From Candidatus Aminicenantes bacterium (lineage in GTDB: Bacteria; Acidobacteriota; Aminicenantia; UBA2199), in the NCBI GenBank assembly GCA_963770755.1, contig CAVYQZ010000006.1, positions 91,480-155,479 on the forward strand: a stretch of 64,000 nt of DNA, in the 5' to 3' direction. Position numbers and translations under genes: made by a program. This document shows, piece after piece, positions 54,706-63,153 of this stretch. Position 1 is the stretch's first letter, and each line of letters opens with the position of its first letter. The notes under the pieces are model-generated. The model did no database searches. It was not told the origin of the DNA and was given only the letters and a program-made list of their open reading frames with translations.

Positions 54706-55456
54706 GGAAACGGCCGCAGCGCAGCCTAAGGATGGTCAGTACGCCCAGGAATATCTCACGACGGGAAATTTTGGATACTCCCATGGTGCGGTCAAAAAAC
54801 AGAATGGGCACTTCAACCACCCGGGCATTTTTTCTTTGGGCGCGATAAAGCATTTCCACCAGGAATGAGTAGCCGTTAGAGCGGATTTTTTCCGGCATGA
54901 TATCTTCGAGTATTTTCCGGCGGTAGGCACGAAATCCAGAGGTCAGGTCCGCACCGTGAAGGCCCAGGATGAAGCGGGCAAAGCGGTTGGCCAACCAGCT
55001 CAGCAGGATCCTGCGGATCCGCCAATTGATCGTGCCGCCGTCACGAATATAGCGAGAACCGATGGTGACATCGTGCTCCCGGCTGGCCTCGAGCATGGCC
55101 GGGAGATGCAACGGATTATGCGAAAAATCGGCATCCATGGTCAGCAGCACATCGTAGCCGTGCTCCAGTCCATAACGCAGGCCTTCACGATAGGCGTTGC
55201 CCAGTCCGCGTTCTCCGTCGCGTTCGATTAATGCGATGAACTCTCCCTGGCCGGCGCCGCAGAATGCGCGGACGACATCGCCGGTACCGTCCGGCGAACG
55301 GTCATCCACGACAACGACATGGGCGCCGGGAACGATCTCTCTAATCTGTTTCAGCAGATCGACAATATTTTCTCTTTCGTTGTAGGTGGGAATGACAATC
55401 AGGATTTTTTCCCGCACCTCATAGGCGATAAATTTGACAAACTGGGCAATTCTCAC
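54698..55456 (-). CDS. GT2 polyprenol-phosphate mannosyl/glycosyl transferase (Dpm1/ArnC-like)
   Basis: VIPTYNERENI, VVVDDRSPDGT, MDADFSHNP. Confidence 0.85.
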   Translation of the reverse strand: MRIAQFVKFIAYEVREKILIVIPTYNERENIVDLLKQIREIVPGAHVVVVDDRSPDGTGDVVRAFCGAGQGEFIALIERDGERGLGNAYREGLRYGLEHGYDVLLTMDADFSHNPLHLPAMLEASREHDVTIGSRYIRDGGTINWRIRRILLSWLANRFARFILGLHGADLTSGFRAYRRKILEDIMPEKIRSNGYSFLVEMLYRAQRKNARVVEVPILFFDRTMGVSKISRREIFLGVLTILRLRCGRFRA

Positions 55457-57036
55457 GTTTTTCCCCCCATGGTCCGGATCCGCAGCACCTGTACTTTGTA
55501 GGGCAGTTCTCCATTTTGAACATAGTAGGCAAGAAGTTTATTTTGACAATCCATGTCGGTCGAAACCGTGAAACCCTGGTCGGTGAAGACCAGCGTAGTT
55601 GCTTTCCCCTTCAGGGCCGGAAGCAATGCATTTTTTTCCACTGGGATCATCATGTGGGAGAAAGGTCTTCCCAAAAAATTGGCCAGCGGAGATAAAAATA
55701 CTTGCTGCCAGATCGCTTTCTCCCTGACAAACAGTATTTTTTTATAACCCTTGACAGCGGTAGCCATTTCGATTACTGCCTGCCGTTTCCCCAGATCAAT
55801 AAAAACAATGGGCTGATCCGGCGGGATTTTATTCTGGATTTGGGTGTACATTTCAGCCAGTTGCTCATGCAGCCGCCCGCGCAGGCGGTAATCCTTTATT
55901 TCCCAATGCAGCATGATCGCCTGCTGGGCCAGGAAAAAAAATAAGGGCAGGGCCAAGAGAACCGTTGCGATTCGTTGCTTTTCTTTATGCCTCTGTACAA
56001 ATTCACGATATTCGACGGTAAAAAACGAAACAATCATGATCCAGAAGCCCATTAACGGAATGTAGTTGTAACGAGCCGGGGCATAGTAAATGGGCAGGGA
56101 AATACCCATGCCCAGCAACATCCAGAACAAGCCAAAAAAAGCCAGTTTGTTTTTTCGGCGGACAAAACCAAACAATGCCGCAGCCAGCAATGCCGCCAGC
56201 AATATGAGCTGCCACCAGACTCCTTCATACTGCTCACCCAAACCCAAGTATTTATAACCAAGGAAAGCGGCTTTATTTACCATGGTTTTTAGCCCAGCTT
56301 GGCCATAAGCAGTAAAGGCGGCATGGCCTCTCAGCAACGGCAGACCGACAAAGAAGGCGAAATAGAACCCCAGCAGGACGAACAGGCCGAGCGTATGGCG
56401 GAGTACCTTTTGTAACGGGATTTTTTTGACCAGCCAGAGAAGGGTAAAAGCTAAAATTGGTAAAATAATCCACGACTCCTTGGCCGAAAGGGCACCGGCA
56501 GCCAACAGCAGTACAAGCAAGTGTTTGCCCAATGACATCCCCTTTTCGGCGCTGGCACAGCGGGTCAGCAGCAGCAGGGCGCCAAGGACAAACAGCATCA
56601 TGATGGAATCTGGTCGTCCTGCCGCCCACAATGTGACTTCACTGTAATAAGCAGATGCGCCATAAGCAAGAACAATCAGCGCCGCAGGCAACGTGCGGCC
56701 GAAGAGATGAAGGGTTAGAAGGAACAACAACCAGAGATTGGTCAAATGAAGTAATAAAGTAAACAAGTTGTAATAGAAAATCCGAGTGCCAAAGAGAGTA
56801 TAATTCAGTAGATAGGAAAATTTGACCAGGGGCCGGTTAAAATTGTTGATTTTTTCAAAAATCTGGCCGGGCCGCTGCCACCCCTGATAAACGCTGTTCA
56901 GCCATTCGAAATCGTCACCACTGAGATAATTGTTCAGGGCCGGAACATAGAGCAGAAAGACCAAGACCAATACGCAAGCACCCCAAAAACGGGGATTCAA
57001 CTTCTGCAAACGTGAGATCCAATTTTCATCATTCAT
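55453..57036 (-). CDS. polytopic membrane protein, probable GT-C fold glycosyltransferase (PMT/ArnT-like)
   Basis: More than 10 hydrophobic helices, and a first loop with the acidic motif LSGDDFEW. AAGGAG SD before ATG 57036 (the ORF is open to 57087). Confidence 0.6.
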   Translation of the reverse strand: MNDENWISRLQKLNPRFWGACVLVLVFLLYVPALNNYLSGDDFEWLNSVYQGWQRPGQIFEKINNFNRPLVKFSYLLNYTLFGTRIFYYNLFTLLLHLTNLWLLFLLTLHLFGRTLPAALIVLAYGASAYYSEVTLWAAGRPDSIMMLFVLGALLLLTRCASAEKGMSLGKHLLVLLLAAGALSAKESWIILPILAFTLLWLVKKIPLQKVLRHTLGLFVLLGFYFAFFVGLPLLRGHAAFTAYGQAGLKTMVNKAAFLGYKYLGLGEQYEGVWWQLILLAALLAAALFGFVRRKNKLAFFGLFWMLLGMGISLPIYYAPARYNYIPLMGFWIMIVSFFTVEYREFVQRHKEKQRIATVLLALPLFFFLAQQAIMLHWEIKDYRLRGRLHEQLAEMYTQIQNKIPPDQPIVFIDLGKRQAVIEMATAVKGYKKILFVREKAIWQQVFLSPLANFLGRPFSHMMIPVEKNALLPALKGKATTLVFTDQGFTVSTDMDCQNKLLAYYVQNGELPYKVQVLRIRTMGGKT

Positions 57037-57241
57037 CCAGACGCTCCTTGCTGCCAACCGCCGGTGCGACCAAAAACGAGAGCGCAACCCCGTGGTTTCC
57101 GATCATTCCATCTCAACCTATGGCAAAGTGCAAAACAAAGCGAATTTTCCCGACAATTATATTTTGCGGTAAAGGCAGCGATATGTCAACAGCTGTTCAG
57201 GCGGATAGGGTAATATCAGGGACGAGTTTTTAAAGTCAATT

Positions 57242-57577
57242 TTAATGGGCTATAGGCAGGGTATTGGCAATGGCCTTGATATAATGAGCATATTCCGGAT
57301 CAGCACCTTTAATTCTAATACCCAATCCGACCGGGATATTTTCTTCGGCTGTATTTGCTCTTTTTATATTCCATACGACCATGCCGGTAATGGCATAAAT
57401 ATCATCGGCGGCGGCCAGTAAAATCTGAAATTCGCTGTGCACGGGGAATACTTCGGTCGTGGCAATGAACATTCCCCTCTGCGATATATTGACGGTGACC
57501 CCCAAACTTTCGCAACCATTGCTGCTGAGATTTACCAGCAGGCTTTTACTGATACGTTTGTCTTTTCTTTTTGTCAT
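57242..57577 (-). CDS. PilZ-domain protein (c-di-GMP receptor type)
   Basis: KRKDKRISKSL... and NISQRGMFI resemble the RxxxR / (D/N)xSxxG PilZ motifs. ATG 57577. Confidence 0.65.
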   Translation of the reverse strand: MTKRKDKRISKSLLVNLSSNGCESLGVTVNISQRGMFIATTEVFPVHSEFQILLAAADDIYAITGMVVWNIKRANTAEENIPVGLGIRIKGADPEYAHYIKAIANTLPIAH

Positions 57578-57826
57578 TGTATGCTCACTGTCAAGATCGC
57601 ACCATGGTCTCAACCGGGAAATAAAAAGCAAATAGCATGCCAATCAATGTCCATGGCGGCAGCCAGGGAAATTGTGTGCTTAAAAGGTGTATTCCCCCTT
57701 TAAAGCATGGCAATTGGCTCCGAGTTTTTTGCAGGAAACTCATTCAGCAAAAAAAAGGTGGCCGACGAATGGGTAAATTATTTACAATTGAAACCGGGAA
57801 GTCACATTACAATTTTTATTTTATTG

Positions 57827-57855
57827 TTGACACAATCCATGTTTAATGCTATTTA
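57827..57855 (+). promoter_or_regulatory. consensus-like sigma70 promoter of the SPFH operon (TTGACA-17-TATTTA)
   Basis: -35 at 57827-57832 and -10 at 57850-57855. Confidence 0.6.
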
Positions 57856-57858
57856 ATT

Positions 57859-57875
57859 GATATCAAAATGATATC
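57859..57875 (+). promoter_or_regulatory. operator-like palindrome GATATCA-AAA-TGATATC at the predicted transcription start
   Basis: A perfect 7-bp inverted repeat, 4 nt after the -10 box. Confidence 0.45.
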
Positions 57876-57897
57876 TTTAACTTGACAGGAGGTTTGC

Positions 57898-58791
57898 ATG
57901 ACAAACGAAAAACTTGGCAGCTCGAGCAAAGGGTGGACTGTTGCGGCTGTGCATTTTTTACTGATCGCGGCATTGATCTGGCTGTTCGTCGCTTCAGTCG
58001 GGACCAACCAGTGGTCCTTGCTCGGCATTCTCGTCCAGGCTTTGCTGCTGGTCGTGGTCAGCCTGATCCTGCCCTTGGGCTATTTTACCCTGCAGCCTAA
58101 CGAGGCAAAGGTGCTGGTGCTTTTCGGGCGCTACAAGGGAACGATCCGCAGTGACGGTTTCCATTGGACCAATCCCTTGCAGTTGGCCCCGCCGCGCAGC
58201 AAGTATACCGTTTCCCAGCGTATACGCAATTTTGAAATCGAGAAATTGAAAGTCAATGACAAGCGCGGCAATCCCATTGAGATCGCGGCGGTTGTCGTCT
58301 GGCATGTCGTGGACACCGCCCATGCCCTTTTTGATGTGGACCACTATGAGCATTATGTCAAGATTCAGAGCGATGCCGCCTTGCGTCACCTGGCCAATTG
58401 CTATCCTTATGATCACGGTGAGGAGGAAGAAGTGACCTTGCGCAGCGGCATGGACGAAGTGGCCCTGGTACTGAAAGAAGAACTTCAGCTAAGGTTGGCC
58501 AAGGCCGGGGTGCAAGTGGATGAAACGCGCCTCACCCACCTGGCCTACGCGCCTGAAATCGCCAATGCCATGCTGCGCCGCCAGCAGGCCGAGGCAATCA
58601 TCGCGGCCCGCCGCAAGATCGTTCATGGTGCAGTTTCCATGGTGGAAATGGCCCTGGATGACCTTAAAAGCAAGAAAGTGGTCGATCTGGACGAGGAGCG
58701 CAAGGCGGCCATGGTCAGCAATCTGCTGGTCGTTTTGTGCGGCGAAGCCGAAGCCACTCCGGTGATCAATACCGGTACGCTTTACAAATAA
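57898..58791 (+). CDS. SPFH/band-7 (stomatin/prohibitin-like) domain membrane protein
   Basis: Two N-terminal TM helices, then the SPFH core (..FEIEKLKVNDKRGNPIEIAAVVVWHV.. ..AYAPEIANAMLRRQQAEAIIAAR). SD CAGGAGG. Confidence 0.85.
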   Translation: MTNEKLGSSSKGWTVAAVHFLLIAALIWLFVASVGTNQWSLLGILVQALLLVVVSLILPLGYFTLQPNEAKVLVLFGRYKGTIRSDGFHWTNPLQLAPPRSKYTVSQRIRNFEIEKLKVNDKRGNPIEIAAVVVWHVVDTAHALFDVDHYEHYVKIQSDAALRHLANCYPYDHGEEEEVTLRSGMDEVALVLKEELQLRLAKAGVQVDETRLTHLAYAPEIANAMLRRQQAEAIIAARRKIVHGAVSMVEMALDDLKSKKVVDLDEERKAAMVSNLLVVLCGEAEATPVINTGTLYK

Positions 58792-58809
58792 GCGCTCCGT
58801 TATCAGGCC

Positions 58810-59010
58810 ATGGCTGCGAAAAAATCATTCCTGTTGCGGCTCAGCCAGGAGATGTGGGAAGAATTGGAGCGCTGGGCTGCCGACGATTTTCGCAGCGTCA
58901 ATGGCCAGATCGAGTCCATCCTTCACGAAGCCATCAACCGGCGCCGTAAAAAAGCGCCGGCGTCCGCCCCCCCATCCGGACCGCCCGTACCAGTCAAGGA
59001 GGAACAATGA
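58810..59010 (+). CDS. small ribbon-helix-helix (Arc/MetJ-like) protein
   Basis: KKSFLLRLSQEMWEELERWAADDFRSVNGQIESILHEAI fits a beta-strand plus two-helix RHH pattern. Confidence 0.5.
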   Translation: MAAKKSFLLRLSQEMWEELERWAADDFRSVNGQIESILHEAINRRRKKAPASAPPSGPPVPVKEEQ

Positions 59011-59231
59011 AAAAAGGGATTTGCCCCCGCTGCGGGGGAAAGGAAATATTCAACGGCAGCGCCGTGTCCAACAAGTCGGGAATGCATGAGAGCAACTCCA
59101 TCCCGGTTTCGCTTTTCCGCAGCGCTGCCCTCGACAATTTTGTCTGCGGCCAGTGCGGCTACGTCGAGAGCTACATCGCCAGGGAAAAAGACCTGGCGGC
59201 CATTAAAAAGAAATGGCCGCTGGTATTTTAA
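59007..59231 (+). CDS. small zinc-ribbon protein
   Basis: CPRCGG...CGQCGY. ATGA overlap with the upstream ORF. Confidence 0.5.
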   Translation: MKKGICPRCGGKEIFNGSAVSNKSGMHESNSIPVSLFRSAALDNFVCGQCGYVESYIAREKDLAAIKKKWPLVF

Positions 59232-59258
59232 TAGGAAAAACTGAACCGGAATGGATCT

Positions 59259-59546
59259 TTATCGGTTGTAAAAGGTTGTTTGATTATAGCCGTCGACGGG
59301 GTATACCTTGTTGGAAGGGCTATACGTAAATTGAACATAATCATATGTTGCATCAAGTTTAAGTACTATTTGGTGTCCTGGACCGATCTGAAATGGCAAC
59401 CATGATTGGCCATTTGGCTCTATATATATAGTATAGCTGGAGGAATTTAGAAAAGTCCAATCTGTTTCTAATAAATCCAAAAGGCCGCACGATGAACAGG
59501 CAACTAACACAAAAAGCACCAGTGAAATTTTAAATAAATTTTTCAT
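59259..59546 (-). CDS. small lipoprotein, unknown function
   Basis: MKNLFKISLVLFVLVACSSC lipobox. AT-rich. Confidence 0.5.
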   Translation of the reverse strand: MKNLFKISLVLFVLVACSSCGLLDLLETDWTFLNSSSYTIYIEPNGQSWLPFQIGPGHQIVLKLDATYDYVQFTYSPSNKVYPVDGYNQTTFYNR

Positions 59547-59567
59547 TTTATTCTCCTGATGTCGAGG

Positions 59568-59584
59568 TTTTTCGAAACATGATG
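59568..59584. repeat. motif TTTTTCGAAACATGATG (copy of 21842-21860)
   Basis: Lies 22 nt upstream of the lipoprotein ATG (59546). Contains the palindrome TTTCGAAA. Confidence 0.5.
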
Positions 59585-59760
59585 TGACGCGAACCTCATA
59601 ATCATATAATAATACATTTTTTTTTATTTACACTAAGAAAAATAAATATTGCCATGATATTTGCGGGAAAATTAAAAGGAACTCCGAAGTTTTAGGCATA
59701 TATGCTATGGATCCAAGGGCACATCTGTTTGCGGCCAATAAAACAGGTCGTTTCATCTCT

Positions 59761-59816
59761 ATCAGCTTGACTTTTTCTAAATTCGCCAGTAAATTTAATT
59801 AATGAGTCAAGCTGAT
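59761..59816. repeat. 12-bp perfect inverted repeat ATCAGCTTGACT ... AGTCAAGCTGAT bracketing a promoter-like TTGACT-17-TAAATT
   Basis: Arms at 59761-59772 and 59805-59816. The -35 at 59767-59772 lies inside the left arm, and the -10 is at 59790-59795. Confidence 0.55.
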
Positions 59817-59905
59817 TTTCTTGTTAATCATCGGTCAAATTTCAAGCAGGTCTCAATCGCCGGAGAGAGAGGTCCAGCCAAAATGCCGGTAGGCCCGATT
59901 TCACC

Positions 59906-60580
59906 ATGAAATCACTCGGGGAGATCCTTGAAATTATCGAAGCCATCGCGGAGAACACGTGCGGCGGATCACAACCAAGATTCCTCTATGATCTTTCTCT
60001 AAGGTGCACGGGAAAGGGGGCCGTTGTTGAAATCGGTACGGCTGCAGGAAAGTCTACCATTGCCTTGGCCTATGCTCAACAGATTCGGGGGGCAGCGCCA
60101 ATCAACACGATAGACATTGTCAATCATGCCGAAATCGAGGCAAACTTGTCTCGGGCCAATGTGAGCGCTTTTGTCAATCGCATCATTGGTTCATCAAGCG
60201 AAGTCGCCGCTTCATGGACCGATCCAATCGAATTGCTCTGGATAGATGGTGATCACAGTTATAAGGGTGTATCCAAAGACATTGAGTCCTGGGCCGGAAA
60301 GGTGCTGCCCGGAGGCTTCATGGCATTTCATGACTACCCGTCTCAGGGTGGGAAAGTTCTTGGTTCGGTTGGGCGGGCGCTATATGAGAAGGTGTTTTCC
60401 CGTCCCGATCTTTGGCGGATCAGCGCGGATCGGCAGGCAGGCTCCATCCTTGTGTTCGAAAGAATGCCGTCGATCGTACAGACGGAATCCGGCCGTGCAG
60501 CCAACCGATTCAAAAAAGTAAGTTTATTTCTGGCTGGAATCCTGCAGCGCATGGCGAATAAATTGAGCCGCCACTATTAA
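59906..60580 (+). CDS. class I SAM-dependent methyltransferase (Methyltransf_24-like)
   Basis: VVEIGTAAGKSTIALA ... LLWIDGDHSYKGVSKDIESW ... GGFMAFHDY. Confidence 0.7.
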   Translation: MKSLGEILEIIEAIAENTCGGSQPRFLYDLSLRCTGKGAVVEIGTAAGKSTIALAYAQQIRGAAPINTIDIVNHAEIEANLSRANVSAFVNRIIGSSSEVAASWTDPIELLWIDGDHSYKGVSKDIESWAGKVLPGGFMAFHDYPSQGGKVLGSVGRALYEKVFSRPDLWRISADRQAGSILVFERMPSIVQTESGRAANRFKKVSLFLAGILQRMANKLSRHY

Positions 60581-60703
60581 ATTTAATCCAACTATTGTGC
60601 CAGCGGCTATCATCTCACTTGCAGGCATTATGAAATCGCAATGATTAAGAATGAAAATTAAGCATGAAAAGGATAGGTGAATCTGTACGGTTGAAGTGAA
60701 AGC

Positions 60704-60779
60704 TGGGGTGAGTGACGGGACTTGAACCCGCAGCGGTCGGATCCACAATCCGATACTCTACCATTGAGCTACACTCACC
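60704..60779 (-). tRNA. tRNA-His (anticodon GUG) with encoded G-1 and encoded CCA
   Basis: RC reads G-GTGAGTG-TA-GCTC-AATGGTA-GAGT-A-TCGGA-TTGTGGA-TCCGA-CCGCT-GCGGG-TTCAAGT-CCCGT-CACTCAC-C-CCA. Confidence 0.9.
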
Positions 60780-60791
60780 ACGCCCCTTGAT

Positions 60792-60819
60792 TGTATAGCA
60801 TTCACCCCCTTGCTGTCAA
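60792..60819 (-). promoter_or_regulatory. sigma70-like promoter of tRNA-His (TTGACA-16-TATACA)
   Basis: On the minus strand, -35 at 60819-60814 and -10 at 60797-60792. The tRNA 5' end lies 12 nt downstream. Confidence 0.55.
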
Positions 60820-60881
60820 TTAGTGGCTGCCGACCGCTGAGGCTTTATTGAAATTCCAATGAAAGTCCGCTAAAATCAATC

Positions 60882-61796
60882 ATGAGAAAAACGTTCAAAA
60901 AGCTTTTAGGACCAGCCGTTCAGTGCTTTCGCAGATACAAAGCAAAATCCGCATTGTTCAAGTTGACAGCGCATGAATCTCCAAAGCTGAAAGCAATTGG
61001 CGATGCACTTGTTGAGTTATGTAATCGCACCATCTCTACTGAAGAGCAGGAATTGATAATGAAAATTGAACAGCGGCGAGCCATCCTCCTCGGTTCAGAT
61101 AAAAAAATCGCTGTTATTAATTATGGTGCAGGAAGTTCCGGTTCTAGTAGAACAAAAGAAGAGCTGAGAAAAGGAGTCCAAGCAACAGCGCTTGTGGCCA
61201 ATGTTTGCATGAATAGTAAAACAGCATTCTGGGCGACTTTCCTCTTCAAATTGATACGAAAGCTGGAGCCGTCGTCATGTGTGGAACTGGGTACATCCCT
61301 TGGCATCTCTGCGTCGTACCAAGCCAGCGCACTTAAACTGAACAACAAAGGAAACTTGATAACCCTGGAAGGCTCTCCTGAGATTGCCAAAATCGCAAAT
61401 GAAACTATTGCCAGCTTGAACCTCAAGAGAGCTTCCGTCGTTATCGGCCCATTTCATGAAACCCTCCCGGGAGTGTTGGAATCATCCAAGCCGATTGATT
61501 TCTTTTTTAATGATGGCCATCACGATTATGATGCCGTAAAACAATACTTCAAAGATTCACTACCCTACCTTGCACCTGAAGCCGTTATTGTCTTTGATGA
61601 CATTGCGTGGTCGCCAGGGATGAAAAAAGCATGGATTGAGATAGAAGCTGATGAGCGAGTCGCTGTGTCTATTGATCTTCAAACAATCGGCATCGCATTG
61701 ATTGGAAACAACGTGAAAAAAAAAGAGAAATTCAAAATCCCATTTTTTTATCTTGCTCGGGAAGATTCCTTTGCGAGTCAACCACACCTTCTTTAG
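60882..61796 (+). CDS. class I SAM-dependent O-methyltransferase-like protein
   Basis: CVELGTSLGISASYQA ... FFFNDGHHDYDAVKQYF ... VIVFDDI. Confidence 0.7.
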   Translation: MRKTFKKLLGPAVQCFRRYKAKSALFKLTAHESPKLKAIGDALVELCNRTISTEEQELIMKIEQRRAILLGSDKKIAVINYGAGSSGSSRTKEELRKGVQATALVANVCMNSKTAFWATFLFKLIRKLEPSSCVELGTSLGISASYQASALKLNNKGNLITLEGSPEIAKIANETIASLNLKRASVVIGPFHETLPGVLESSKPIDFFFNDGHHDYDAVKQYFKDSLPYLAPEAVIVFDDIAWSPGMKKAWIEIEADERVAVSIDLQTIGIALIGNNVKKKEKFKIPFFYLAREDSFASQPHLL

Positions 61797-61883
61797 GAAT
61801 ATTCCCGATAACCTATGCGGGCTCTGGATTTTTGTGCCAAACCCCGCTATAATAAAAAAAATCAACGACTAGGAACGTGAATA

Positions 61884-62996
61884 ATGAAAAAAGCGAAAGT
61901 TGCGATTTTAAGAACCAAACCTGAAACGGTTCTGGATGATTATATCCGCCTCTTTGAACTGGCCGATGGCCACCGCATTTTGGATAAAAGCGCCACCACC
62001 ATCCTCAAAGACAACATCTCCTGGCACTACCCGCTGCCCTCGGCCAATACCACGCCGTGGCAGCTTGAAGCGGCCGTTCTGGCCCTGAAAAAGCACGGCT
62101 TCGCCGACATTGCCTGCGTGCAGAACAAGACCGAGGTGACCAACGCCTTCAAGGGCGAGGACCTGAACAGTTACAAACCGATCTTCCGCGACCACGGCGT
62201 CAAGGTCCTGTTCAATTTCCAGGAAGCGGACATGAAATGGATCGTTTACAAACCCAAGGCCAAGATGCTGGCACTGGACAAAATTTACGGCGATGACTTG
62301 CGCATCCCGGACTATTTCGTCGGCAAGAACATCATCCACCTGCCCACGGTCAAATGCCACATCTATACGACCACTACCGGCGCCATGAAGAACGCTTTCG
62401 GCGGCCTGCTCAACCACAAGCGGCACCAGACCCATACCTATATCCATGAAACCCTGGTGGACCTGCTGGCCATCCAGAAGGAGATCCACCCGGGACTGCT
62501 GTGCATGATGGACGGCACCATGGCCGGCAATGGTCCGGGCCCGCGCGTCATGCACCCCGAGGAAAAGAACGTCATCCTGGCCGGCGCCGATCAGGTGGCC
62601 ATCGATGCTGTCGCCGCCAAGCTGATGGGCTTCGATCCCATGGCCATCAAGTACATCCGTCTGGCCCATGAGAACGGCCTGGGCATCGGCAAGCCCGAGG
62701 AAATTGAAATCGTGGGCGATCTGGACGCGGCTCGCGAAAACTGGCATTTCGCGGTCGGCCCCAGCTTTCACAGGACCGTGGGCTGGATTACCTGGTTCGG
62801 TCCCACCCGCTTTCTGCAAAAAGCCATGACCCGGCCGCCCATCCTCTACCTGGGCAACTTTTATTCGTATTTTTACCACGATGTGCTGCATTGGCCGTTC
62901 AAGGAAAGCAAAATCTATAAAAAGTGGCTGACGGATTCGCAGTGGGGACGGTTGTTTCAGCAATATCTGGATGAGGGCTCACTGAGAGCGAAATAG
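61884..62996 (+). CDS. DUF362 domain protein
   Basis: KVAILRTKPETVLDDY ... HLPTVKCHIYTTTTGAMKNAFGGLL ... ADQVAIDAVAAKLMGFDP fits the DUF362 pattern as I recall it. Confidence 0.7.
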   Translation: MKKAKVAILRTKPETVLDDYIRLFELADGHRILDKSATTILKDNISWHYPLPSANTTPWQLEAAVLALKKHGFADIACVQNKTEVTNAFKGEDLNSYKPIFRDHGVKVLFNFQEADMKWIVYKPKAKMLALDKIYGDDLRIPDYFVGKNIIHLPTVKCHIYTTTTGAMKNAFGGLLNHKRHQTHTYIHETLVDLLAIQKEIHPGLLCMMDGTMAGNGPGPRVMHPEEKNVILAGADQVAIDAVAAKLMGFDPMAIKYIRLAHENGLGIGKPEEIEIVGDLDAARENWHFAVGPSFHRTVGWITWFGPTRFLQKAMTRPPILYLGNFYSYFYHDVLHWPFKESKIYKKWLTDSQWGRLFQQYLDEGSLRAK

Positions 62997-63153
62997 TCAC
63001 TGAACTTGGCGTAGGGCGTACGGCTGAAGGTAGACGGCAAGAAAATTTACGCACAGAGAATTTTTCATTCCTAAGAAATAAATTTTAGATTCCCGTTTCC
63101 TTGGCTCTTCTTCTCTTGCCGTCCGCCGGTTGCCGTGTACCGTATACCGAGTT

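Noticed and set aside
57637-57846. 69-aa ORF, with an inner ATG at 57769 (MGKLFTIETGK...) preceded by AAGGTGG, in the PilZ-SPFH spacer.
   Set aside because: It runs through the SPFH promoter -35 and the AT-rich UP-like region. Its composition is non-coding-like and it has no motif. It is probably spurious.
59582-59597. GTGACGCGAACCTC as a degenerate duplicate of the tRNA-His 3' end (GTGACGGGACTTGAACC), which would mark an att site of the low-GC islet.
   Set aside because: Only two short blocks match (GTGACG and GAACC) with a 5-nt gap. The same stretch is better explained as part of the repeated CGAAACATGATG..CGCGAACC motif also seen at 21842-21880.
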